Of a DNA stretch of 64,000 nucleotides, positions 27,725 to 38,704 are shown in pieces. The stretch's first letter is position 1. The number at the start of each line of letters is the position of its first letter. The position numbers were made by a program, and so were the translations under genes. The notes under the pieces are model-generated. The model was given only the letters and a program-made list of their open reading frames with translations. It had not been told where the DNA came from and searched no databases. The stretch is from Calcarisporiella thermophila CBS 279.70 (Eukaryota > Fungi > Calcarisporiellomycota), in NCBI RefSeq assembly GCF_041956535.1, contig NW_027192217.1:178196-242195 (forward strand). The letters are read 5' to 3'.

Positions 27725-28012
27725 ATGTTGAATAGCTATGAAATTGCTACTTCTTTGGTTGGCCTCCTATTCGTGTGGATGTTCGCCACCGTTTCTGCAC
27801 AAGAGTGGGAGTGCAATGAAAACAATCACCTGGGTGATATGAGGGTCAACGCGTGTCGTAGCAACAATTACTTCTGTCTTAACCAGTTCTCCAACGTCAA
27901 TAACAGCGGGGTAAGACCTTTCTGCGTGCGTGCAAGTGACTACGGAGGTCAAGGCCTTTTTGCGAGGTGGCAATGCTTTTCCAACGTTCATTTCGACAGA
28001 CCCTTGCCTTAG
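27725..28012 (+). CDS. Small secreted cysteine-rich protein
   Basis: Hydrophobic signal ending ATVSA|Q, ~70 aa mature part with 5 Cys; start codon ambiguous. Confidence 0.55.
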   Translation: MLNSYEIATSLVGLLFVWMFATVSAQEWECNENNHLGDMRVNACRSNNYFCLNQFSNVNNSGVRPFCVRASDYGGQGLFARWQCFSNVHFDRPLP

Positions 28013-28673
28013 CCATAGCTTGGTCTGCATGTTAGTATTACCAACTCCTAAGCTCTGAAAGCACATCATTATTGTTTTTATATTACTAGAATATAATGAG
28101 AAAGTAAAACCACTATCACTGAGAAGCATTCAGCTAGTTGGTACCGTGAAGTTTATTGTGGTGCTAATGCATTTCTATAGGAGAAAATACATTAAAGCAC
28201 TAAATAGTATGTCCACTTGTTCGTTCTCCACTTCAGCTAAAATAATTTGGTCATTGGAGACGTATCCCTTCCGTGTGAACGATTATCTTTCATCACACAA
28301 TTATATTTGGCCTCAAAGAATAGGGGAACTACACTGAAATTTATTATCGAAACAACCACTAATAACAATTATACGCATTTAAGGCAATTTAATTGTAAAG
28401 TTTGAAAGATATCTTCTTTGATAAGCGTATGTATCTGTTTAGTCCATAATTCACAAGGATTGCGAATTCAGAAGATTATTAAGACTTATTAAATGCCAGT
28501 TTCAGTTGGAATTGCTCGTATGTAGATACCAGGTCTCAAGGAATCTAATCCATACAATTAAGGAGTATAGATTTACTATTTGTTATAACTGGAAGTAATA
28601 TGTAAGTCTGCAGTTCAATATAAGCAAATATTTAACAAGTTTATTTAACAAACTTTTTTAAAAATTGTAACAA

Positions 28674-29115
28674 TTATTGAACATGAGCTTTGATCTTATC
28701 CTCTAGACCCTTGGGGTTGGCTCCAACAACGGAGTCAGCTTTCTGACCATTCTTGATGATAACAAAGGTTGGCATAGCGGCAACTCCATATTCAGCAGCG
28801 ATATCCTAGATAAAAATGAGCGTCAATTTGTGAAAACTAACCAAGTAATCTTAAACATACCCCAAGTTTATCAACATCTATTTTGATGAAGACAGCATTT
28901 GTGTATTCTTCAGAGAATTTCACAAACTTCGGGGCAATCACTTTGCAAGGTCCACACCAAGTAGCGAAAAAGTCGATGATGACCTAAGCCGATCAAAAAG
29001 CGGATATCGTTGATTAAATGATGTTGCTGTGCTTATTAAATAAGACATAACTTACGATCGGATTTTTCGAGATAATCTCTTCGAATTCTGCGCGAGTCTC
29101 AATTTCCTTGACCAT
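28674..29115 (-). CDS. TRX1: Thioredoxin
   Basis: [38 protein letters not shown] across 3 exons. Confidence 0.95.
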
Positions 29116-29519
29116 TTTGTACGATTGTATTCAAAAGTTCAAAAAGTTAAAAAAAGTGCGTAAAAATGCAATTAAAAAACAAACGATTTTATATTCAAAA
29201 CAGGGGGGTGTCTTACTAATTAATGACGCAATTGCAGAAGATTCGACTGATATCAAGCAAAATCTTAGGATTATAGGCTCGAATACGTTGACTTACTAAA
29301 CCACTACGACTTGTTTCAAATGCAGTATGCAAGTAGCGCCAATCCATGAGCCTCGCGCTAGTTTACTATCTCCACCCTCTCCTCTCATATGGTAGCAGGC
29401 GGGTATAAAAGTGTGAAATCCCATCCTATATTTGCTGTGACTGCTATTTCGTTAGGGAAACTTATGTTTATTTCAAATTCATATTGGGATTTTAATCGGT
29501 TCATCTCATTTACAATCAC

Positions 29520-30854
29520 ATGTTCAAACAATTCACCCGCGGCGGGAAGATCATATATATACTAGGAACATTTCCTCGCCCACGGAAATTTTTCAGTGTA
29601 GGACCACGACCGAGCATTGATAAGTATAATGAGGCCATTTCCGCTGCGGTTAAGGCCAACGACCTCGATCGTGCACTCGAGCATTATCGCCACCTCCCTA
29701 CACTCGGACTCGCCCCAAATAGCCAGACTTATTCTCTCCTTATCAATGGCTATTCCTCACGCGCTCAGCCTCAAGACATTACTCAGGCTGTAGATCTTTT
29801 TAGTCATATGACGGCGACTGAACAACCGGATCCTCAAACATTTGTTGGGCTGATTGAAGCGTGGTCACGTAGTGACAAGAAGTCGAACATGAATTTACCA
29901 CGAAGGATTTATGATGCCATGATTTCTACATGTTCTCCTCAAAAAGTAAAAGTAAAAGATATAGCGGTCTTCGTTCGCGTGATGCTTGAGCACAGAATGT
30001 ACAAAGATGCCGATTATGTGTATCGGTCTCTGTTGCGCCAAGGAAAAAATTTCGACTTTCGTGGTTATCGTGATCTGATTAACGCTCACCTCAAGAGCGG
30101 CCGTCTTTTAACTGCTACAGCCTACTACTATGATATGTTGCATATTGGAGTACGCCCCACGAGCGGAATCGTCATTCACTTGATTGAGGCACACGCAGCG
30201 CGAGGGGACCTCTCTGGCGCATTGCAGATATATCTAGATACCCGAACTAAGTTCCTTATGCCTCCGGCTGTTGCGACTGTGCTAGTGAGAGAGCTAGCAT
30301 GGAAAAATAAGATGCGGCGTGCAGAAGACATCTTATCACACGCCCCAACTCCCGGAATATACTCGATTCTGATACGACAATACTTGAGGATGAAGCTGTT
30401 GAATAATGCGTGGCGATTGACTCGTGATCTATTGACAAGATACCCCGATGGGGTGGTAGTGGTTGCGCCCCTTGTAAGAGACGGTGTGAAAGGGTTTGTG
30501 TCGGTGACGGTCGAGAACAGCCACAACAAAGCTGAGAGAAAGCGCAAAAACTGGGCGACTTTAGGAGTCCATTTCACGGATGATAGAATCCCTGAGCATA
30601 CGGATGGGCAGCTCCTTCTGTTACTAGTATCTCGTACGATGCTTCCAAGAGTTGCCGACGCTCTGACAGCCCGTGGATATCCTTCCAACTATCCTGCGAC
30701 GTGGGTACAACAGGTTGATGGTGAAAGGCGCATAACGTCTACATCGGCGGGGAATTTGACACACACGTATATCGATAATGGAGAAGAACCAGCTGTCCTC
30801 TTCATTGGGAACAGATTTTTGAGCATTAATGATAAAGATCCTCCGGATAGATGA
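29520..30854 (+). CDS. Pentatricopeptide repeat protein with C-terminal tetrapyrrole methylase-like lobe
   Basis: Intronless 444 aa ORF; PPR motifs (YNEAISAAVK..A..Y..L...GLAPNSQTYSLLINGY); basic mitochondrial-type N-terminus; C-terminal LTARGYPSNYPATWVQ..PAVLFIG. Confidence 0.85.
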   Translation: MFKQFTRGGKIIYILGTFPRPRKFFSVGPRPSIDKYNEAISAAVKANDLDRALEHYRHLPTLGLAPNSQTYSLLINGYSSRAQPQDITQAVDLFSHMTATEQPDPQTFVGLIEAWSRSDKKSNMNLPRRIYDAMISTCSPQKVKVKDIAVFVRVMLEHRMYKDADYVYRSLLRQGKNFDFRGYRDLINAHLKSGRLLTATAYYYDMLHIGVRPTSGIVIHLIEAHAARGDLSGALQIYLDTRTKFLMPPAVATVLVRELAWKNKMRRAEDILSHAPTPGIYSILIRQYLRMKLLNNAWRLTRDLLTRYPDGVVVVAPLVRDGVKGFVSVTVENSHNKAERKRKNWATLGVHFTDDRIPEHTDGQLLLLLVSRTMLPRVADALTARGYPSNYPATWVQQVDGERRITSTSAGNLTHTYIDNGEEPAVLFIGNRFLSINDKDPPDR

Positions 30855-31237
30855 GATATTCTCCGCCATAATTTATTTATCTCCTTCAACCCCAACTTTT
30901 TTCCTTCATTGTATCATATTTACTTTTTGTATTTTCGTTAAATATTAATCATTGGATCATTGGGATAAAAAAGACTCACCCGAGTACTTAATGAAATACT
31001 GATGTTGTGCTTCCCAAAATATCGTCTACTCTTGCCATGGATTGTTTTCTCTGGTGACTATAATTGTTCCCTTTATTTGCTGACACAAATATTATAGGAA
31101 TATAATTAATACCATCAGAATAAAGAAAGTGCCTGCCAATAATCTGAGGATATTATTAATAAATATGTAAATGGAATAATATTATTGTACGAAAAAAAGA
31201 AAGTTGAAGACGAAAAGTTGTCATATTTACAAAGACA

Positions 31238-34200
31238 TTATCCATCCACCCCAAGGTCCTGCTCTCGCACCATATCATAATAAAGTCCGCGTTGCTCTAT
31301 CAACTCTGCGTGCCTACCCCGCTCCACTACCACGCCATTTTTTATTACAAAAATCACATCGGCATGCTGAATGGTGGAAAGACGATGGGCTATAGCAATC
31401 GTAGTACGGCCTTTGGACGCGGCATCCAATGCTTCTTGAACAACCTTTTCACTCTCGGAATCCAGTGCTGAAGTAGCCTCGTCCAGTAGAAGCACCTTTG
31501 GCTGCCGTATTAGAGCTCGAGCAATGGCGATGCGCTGTTTCTGTCCTCCAGACAACTGGGTTCCTTTATGACCGACTTTTGTATCATAGCCGTTGGGTAG
31601 CGACATGATGAAATCATGGATATTGGCCTGTCTACAGGCATACTCGATCTCGGACTGGGTATGTTTACGTGTGGCTCCCAAAAGAATATTTTCGCGTATC
31701 GTCAAGTCGAAGAGAGACGGCTCCTGAGACACAAGAGCAATCTGCTCTCGGAGGGAGTCGATATCGGCCATGGCCACATTGACCCCGTCCAGCTCAACAC
31801 TGCCGCTCGTCACATCGTAGAATCTCTCCAAAAGTGCAATTATGGTAGATTTTCCACTGCCGGACGGGCCGACCAGAGCCGCAAATTGCCCTGGCTGTAT
31901 CTCGAGACTTAGTCCACGGAGAATCGGCTGATGAACACGAGTGGGATACCGGAAATGCACATTCTTGGCCAGAATATGGCCTTGGGTCACAGTGACCTTT
32001 CTCCCCACGCCCGACACCATTTCTGGTTTACGATCCAATAGATTCAACACCGCTGTCGCTGCGACCTTTGCTTGTGTCATATTTTTGGCATACGAGAACA
32101 CACGACCCGCATTCTGCGCCCCAAACACCACCGCCATGAACACCGTGAACATTTTTCGCAAATCATATTCTCCATCTTTGAAGAGCTGGCTGCCATACCA
32201 GAACGCGAGGGCGTATGCGAGATAATTGGCACCTTGAGAGAAAGCATAGAGGAGGGTGGTCATGAATGCGTTTCGCTTTGCCATTTCTTCCGTATTGCTA
32301 AGAGCAACGCGATACTGCGAAAGTACCTGCGATTCTCGGGTCAAACTAGCGACGGTACGGATGGCAGTGGTGGCCTCGCAGGCGAGTTGAGCGGAACTTT
32401 CGCTTGTTTTTTTGGCTCTTTCTTGAAAAGCACTTGCAAGAGCCGTGCGCAAGTAGCCGGCCAAGAGAAGCATGGGCACCGTTGTGAACACAACCAGGGT
32501 CATCTTGTGTCCAACGGCAAGTCCCACGATCAATCCACAGAACACCGTCGATACGCTCTCCATGATCGTGCCGAAGGTTGGCCCTGCTAACCCCTCGATC
32601 ATGGTTGCATCGGAGGTCAGCCGCGAGGTCAAAACACCCGATGCATTTTCATCGCGATCAAACCAACCTATTTCCTGCCTCAGTATCGCCTGTAATGACT
32701 TTACACGTATTGTTTTTGTGAGCCGTTCGGATGCCTTGCCAAGCGTGTACGCCTGTATGCCAAACACGATTGCATTCCCCATGGCAATGAAGACGAACAT
32801 TAGCGACCAGAAATTGGCGCCCTTGCGTAATTCGTCGGGTGGTTTTGTAAACACCTCCAGGATATTCGAAAATGCGATTGAAAATGCTGGGTAAACCCCG
32901 CCATTGAGTGTTGCGGCAAAGATACCAATGGCAATGAGATGCGAGTCGGGCTTCGTAAGCTGGGCTACACGCTTGATAATTTCCCATGTGGTATACTGCC
33001 TCGGCATGTGTTGGAGCTCCCCCGTAGACTCCAGGTCATGGGCAGCCATGCCCTTAGGAGTCGTGTCATAGCTGGCCCTAGCCGAGTTGGCGCGGTACCT
33101 GTTGACATCGAATTTTGGTAAAGGGGGTGCCGGTTCGGGAGGAAGGGCTGGAACAAAGAAGGACGATATTCGTCTACTGATCCTGACGAGCATGTCCGTC
33201 ATCGTTTCATTGCCTGCTTCCTCGTTGTTGTATCCCCACTTATACGATCTGAAGTATTCCGGGGGCAGAACATCACAGTATGGAACCTCGTCCTCGTCCT
33301 CACCATCGATTTCGTTGTTGACGCGCTGGGCCTCCACCAACGCGACATATGCTCCCCCCCGTTTCATCAATTCAATATGGTTTCCCATTTCAACAATCAC
33401 GCCCTTGTGCATCACAACTATCAAGTCTGCATCTCGAATGGTGGACAGACGATGCGCTACCACAATGGTGGTACGACCTTGACTTGCGCGATCGAGCGCC
33501 TGCTGCACCAACTTCTCACTCTTGGTGTCCAGGGCTGAGGTGGCCTCATCCAGCAATAAAATCTTTGGATCCCGAACGACAGCACGCGCGATGGCGATAC
33601 GCTGCTTTTGCCCACCTGAGAGTAAAAGCCCGCGCTCCCCTACGGATGTATTGTATTGCTGCGGGAGATTCATTATAAATTCATGTGCATTGGCTATTTT
33701 GCACGCTTCTATGATTCGCTCCATCCTCATTTCGTGTGGCCGGTTCTCCCACTCGGTTCCGACCAGACCGGCGGCCACATTCTCTGCAATCGTCGCATTA
33801 AAGAGGGTGGGCTCCTGCGACACCAGGGCGATCTGTCTCCGAAGCCACTGCAAATCGAGCCCCCTGATGTCCATATCATCGAGATACACATATCCTACCA
33901 ATGGATCGTAAAAGCGCTCGACAAGTTGAATGATGGTTGATTTGCCGCTGCCGGAGGCTCCTACCAAGGCAACTGTTTGTCCAGCCGGAATGTCAAGCGT
34001 AAGGCCCTTGAGAACTGGGACGTTGGACCGAGCGGGATAGCGAAAGTGAACATTACTAAGATGAATATGCCCGCGTACAGTGGGTAGCTTTCTGCCCTTT
34101 CTCTCGGTGTCAATGGGGGGGACACGGTCAATTGCCTCGAATATTTTCTTTCCAGCACTAATTGCCATGGAAAAGGCTTGAGCATTGGGGCCAACTGATC

Positions 34201-35477
34201 CCAGAGCGAGCGATCCGAAGAGTACCGACATGAAGACGTTGACTATTTTCCCCGAGGTTGTCTCATGGTTTAAAATTAGCTTCGCCCCTAATGACAGAGA
34301 CTTTTGTTAGGATACCAATGATGAACCTATCCTAAGCCGGCTAGACTCACCAAGAAAGAAGGACAACGAAAACATCAGAAACACCCATAGAAATACGGAG
34401 CCGAGACCGATAGCGATTGCGACGTGTTTCTTATATCCCTCTCGCTTCGACGCATCGGCATACGTCTCGTATACCTGAGTAATTTTCGCCTGGGAACCAA
34501 AAGCGGTTACAGTCCGTATCGCAGAGAAAACCTCCTCGGCTAACGTGCCTGCCACCGTAGCGATGTCTAGCGATTTCTTATGAAATAGAGTCAAGAATCT
34601 ATAGTGGAAATCCAAAATCAGGTGAGTACACGTTGCTTCGCGTCCAGTGTCAATACCCATTTACCGAATAAGCAGCAAAATGGAGATGGCAATTAGAGGA
34701 ACTCCGGAGCATAGGGCAAGAGTAAGCTTCCAGTTAACCGAAAACGCGACGCAGAATGACGAAATAAACGTAGCGACCTCATTCGCCGTCATGGGGACTT
34801 TTTCTGATATGCCATCTTGGATCAGCGCCATGTCGTTTGTCATGCGTGATGTCACCTCTCCCGCGCCCAGCTTATCGAACCACCCAATATTCTGCCGTAG
34901 GACTCCGCGCAGATAGTGCTCTCGGATGGAACGCATTTGTCGCTCGCCGACATAAATCCAAGTCGACATGTATATATACTAGGGCCCAAATACAAGTAAT
35001 GAAGACGACTATTTTTCACAGGAGAATATATGCAATAAGGGGATGGGCGCTTACCGTTGCTACGAAGATTCCCAATGAAAGATAAACAAAATACAAAGTG
35101 TTCTCTCTAATGTTATCCTCGAACACACTCTTGGTCATTTGGCGGGTCTGGTATTGTGTGAACACGTCGATCAGTTTCCCGAACACTTTGGTCATTAACG
35201 GAAGCCCCGACCCTGCAGCACACGCCATTATCAATCCGATAGCCAAGAGAAGGATATCCGACTTGGTTGCATATCTAAACAGGGTGCGAAAGTTCACATC
35301 CACATCAGGCGAGTTTGTTTGAGCCTGAATAATAACCCGTGCTCTTGGGTCCAGCCCAGAGAGCATGTTTGCATCTTTCTCCTCTCCATCGTCCTTTTTA
35401 TACCCACTAAATTGCACGTCGACTATCGTGCTCCCTTCCGAAGAGGCCTGGCTTTGCTTTCGAGGCTCTTTGTACAT
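31238..35477 (-). CDS. Full-length ABCB (MDR1/P-glycoprotein-type) transporter
   Basis: Two NBDs with GxSGSGKST, LSGGQKQRIAIARA and LLLDEATSALD, plus two TMDs. Confidence 0.96.
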
Positions 35478-36754
35478 ATCAATGCATTAAGGTCGAGTGA
35501 TTGGCGACGTGGAATGAGAGGGATGAATTGCGGGAGATGAGCCAAAAGTGCTTAGCGAGCAGAGAAAGAAAAAGGACGTAAACTGGTTGAGATACAGGGA
35601 AAGAAGACTTCCAACTTGATATGAAACTTTTAACTAAAATTTTTTCCCCGTTAATCCTATGTCATATGGAGTGTCAAAGGAAAAAATATAATACTGAATT
35701 CGGAGAGATTCGCAAACGATTGGTTGAAAACTTGCAGCAGTAATTCTATCCGTGAAACGTAGGTAGGAACACAAATTTAATAATGAAGGCTCGTGTCTGT
35801 GCGGGAGACATTCGACTCTGCGGTGGGTAATAGGGATCCTATCGCTGGACCTGGCCTAGTCGGGTGTGCCTATTTATCCATGTAATTATACAAATGTACT
35901 GAGAGCCTGACATCTGCTTTGTAGCAACCCTCGATATATAATACAGAGAACCCTTTCTGTCCTTTAGCTCAGTTCTCCTCTTTTCGGGAATATTTTTTCA
36001 ATAGCGCTTGATCACTAGTTGCTCCCGCATCCTTCTACAAGATCCATCGGAAAATAGCAAGGTAACCTCATCCCAATATGCGATGGCGTCCACACAATTG
36101 GTATAGCTCTTCAAGCTTACCACTCCTTCCTCTCAACACCCACCATAGTTGACCTCGTCGTACCCATCCAGCGTATCGTGACGTATCCTCCCGAATAATA
36201 CAAATAAGCCTCATGTACGCAAAACAAATTGTCTCAGTATTGGAGGTAGCCAATGGATGGAGTGGTTATTTTCAACTCGACTCTATGACAAATAGGGATG
36301 AAAAAATCACACCATCGAGCCTAGTTGGAGAGGAATGGGCAAATATATATATGTTTGGAATCTAAGGATGCTTTTGCAGTTTGAAAGTCTGAGTCTCTGA
36401 AAGCTTAGTGTCCAAATCTTCTTTGGCCATGATAGAGTTACAAGTTAGACAGGTTGGCTTAGAGAAAATCTTTTACATCTCCGCTAAATCTCAAGGTTAC
36501 AAGCAGTCACTAGATTAACCGCTACGTACTTCTTCTCCACAGCTCCGTTTTCAAGAGACGCCGCGCTAATTTTTAAAAAACCTCTACGCTGGCTCCCCCC
36601 CCCCCATGCTCGTAGATGCACACCTCTATTCCCCGCTCCACTCATTCCCCTTTTCCCTTCAATTGAGTGCGTTATTGTTCATCATTACATAAGATTGCGA
36701 ATCCCTTTTTATTTTGGCTTTTGAATTGATCGAGTTCTAGCACTGCATTCCATT

Positions 36755-38530
36755 ATGATAGACTCATTTCTTACGAAACTTCGGATTAGTAAAACTAACA
36801 CGTGTATCCGCTGCCGGGAACGACGAATAAAATGTGATCAAAAGCTTCCGCGTTGTACCCGCTGCGAATTGAGTAATCGCGAGTGCGTCTATGCTAGTTC
36901 TTCGGTATTGATTACCACCAAGGAGCTTCGTGAATTCGGTGAATATGTTAATATGCTTGAGAGGGAGCTGGAAGAGCTGGAAGGATCCTACCGGCAGACT
37001 GAAGAAAGACTACGGACCACATTTATGCAGCAGACATTGGCGCACACCCTGCAGCCAAGAAGCAGTCCTACCGACATTCCTGTGACCTGGTCCATCCATG
37101 TTGACGCCCACAATCGCGTTTATGTGCAAACCCAGCTTCGACAGGTGAAAGATCTGCACCGATTCCTCGTCGACCATTTGCATCTTGATGACCAATCTCA
37201 GCTGCAGAACAGCTCACTCATCACTTCCAAAGGAGGGCTTTTTTCTTTCGACACGCATGTGCTCGAGTACCTGCTGCTGGAGGATATTCAAGATTACGGC
37301 CCTCCACTTGCCGTTCCTCCTGGCAATGCAATAGTTGCCCAGCTTATTGAGGTCTACTTCTCGTGCTTCCATACTTTCTGCCCCATTATTCACAAACCAA
37401 CGTTTCTTCGGTCGTATTCTGCGCATCATCGAGATCAGGCATTTCTGGCGAACATGTTTGCCATTTGTGCGCACGTATCAAGACATGCACAGCAACTCCA
37501 CCACCTTCACGATGGACTTGGAGAGCAATTCTTTTCCCTTGCTCGTAATATCATCTCGCAGCGTCTGGAGGAAGAGAACCTGAATATCGTATATGCGCTT
37601 CTTTTCCTCGCCGAGTACCTCACCTTCGACACCCGACGCTCCAGCCAGCGCTATCTCTTCCAGGGCATTGCCGCCACCAAACTGCACTCGCTTTTCAACC
37701 AGCGAAGGGGTCGCCGAGATTCCCATTTGACCCAGCCACCCCACGCTGGCGTGCGCACACCACCGCCGGCGCCCTCAAGAGAATGTTTAGAAATATACCA
37801 CCGATTACTCTGGTACCTGAAGGATTGCGAGGACAACGACTTTGCGTGCAAGCAAACCCGTCACCATGGCCCGATACCCCTCCCTGCCCCGTTGCCGGAC
37901 GAAGATGAACGCGTACGCCACTCCATCCTCTATTGGCGTGCATGCATTGAACTTGCGAGGGTTGAGCTCGATATCGAAAGGCTAGTCTACGACCAACGGG
38001 GCGACCTCCATCTAATACGCGGGGAACTCGAGTCTTGGCTTTCTAGCTTGCCAGAGCCCTTCCAATCACCCAACCTTGAATTCTCCACGGAAAAAAACGC
38101 CATCTTCGCCCTCCTTGCGAATGGACAATTCCACGTCAACCTTCTCAAGCTGTACGGAGCACAGCTGTCGTCGGCAGGTGCGCTCACTACGTGTCTAGAG
38201 AGCGTTCACCGCCTCCTTCAAATATGCGAATTGCTGCAATGCATTAACTCGTGTTTTTTTCCGCTGCCATTCGTAACTCGAGTCTGCGACTTTTTGTTCC
38301 AGTTGTCGTCATCGCCGGCGACCAATATCGACGCGGGTGCTGATGTTCAGACCATCCATCCTCGCTGTGTGAAATTTGCGAGGAAATTGAGCTCGCTCGT
38401 TCGCCAATCACGACATTTTCAGGCCCGAATGCCACAGTGTGTTAATTGTGTTCAATTGTTGGAGAGTGTCTTGCAAAATGTCCAGTCAGGAGAGCTTAGG
38501 GAGGGTTTCCACAACCCAACCTCGCTGTAA
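36755..38530 (+). CDS. Zn(II)2Cys6 transcription factor with fungal TF middle domain
   Basis: CIRCRERRIKCDQKLPRCTRCELSNRECVY, coiled coil, LIEVYFSCFHTFCPIIHKPTF; intronless 591 aa. Confidence 0.93.
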   Translation: MIDSFLTKLRISKTNTCIRCRERRIKCDQKLPRCTRCELSNRECVYASSSVLITTKELREFGEYVNMLERELEELEGSYRQTEERLRTTFMQQTLAHTLQPRSSPTDIPVTWSIHVDAHNRVYVQTQLRQVKDLHRFLVDHLHLDDQSQLQNSSLITSKGGLFSFDTHVLEYLLLEDIQDYGPPLAVPPGNAIVAQLIEVYFSCFHTFCPIIHKPTFLRSYSAHHRDQAFLANMFAICAHVSRHAQQLHHLHDGLGEQFFSLARNIISQRLEEENLNIVYALLFLAEYLTFDTRRSSQRYLFQGIAATKLHSLFNQRRGRRDSHLTQPPHAGVRTPPPAPSRECLEIYHRLLWYLKDCEDNDFACKQTRHHGPIPLPAPLPDEDERVRHSILYWRACIELARVELDIERLVYDQRGDLHLIRGELESWLSSLPEPFQSPNLEFSTEKNAIFALLANGQFHVNLLKLYGAQLSSAGALTTCLESVHRLLQICELLQCINSCFFPLPFVTRVCDFLFQLSSSPATNIDAGADVQTIHPRCVKFARKLSSLVRQSRHFQARMPQCVNCVQLLESVLQNVQSGELREGFHNPTSL

Positions 38531-38704
38531 CGCTTTCTTCCCGATGCTGGATCCACCGGACAGCTATTTGTCCTGCTTTGTTTTTAGAACTATGCCAGGG
38601 GCTTATTTTTATTCATGTACATATATCGTGTTTGGCTATCTTTTTCCTTGTGTATAGTTAGTATTCTTTTCTTCTATTTAATGATAATCCTTCTTGTTGC
38701 TTCG

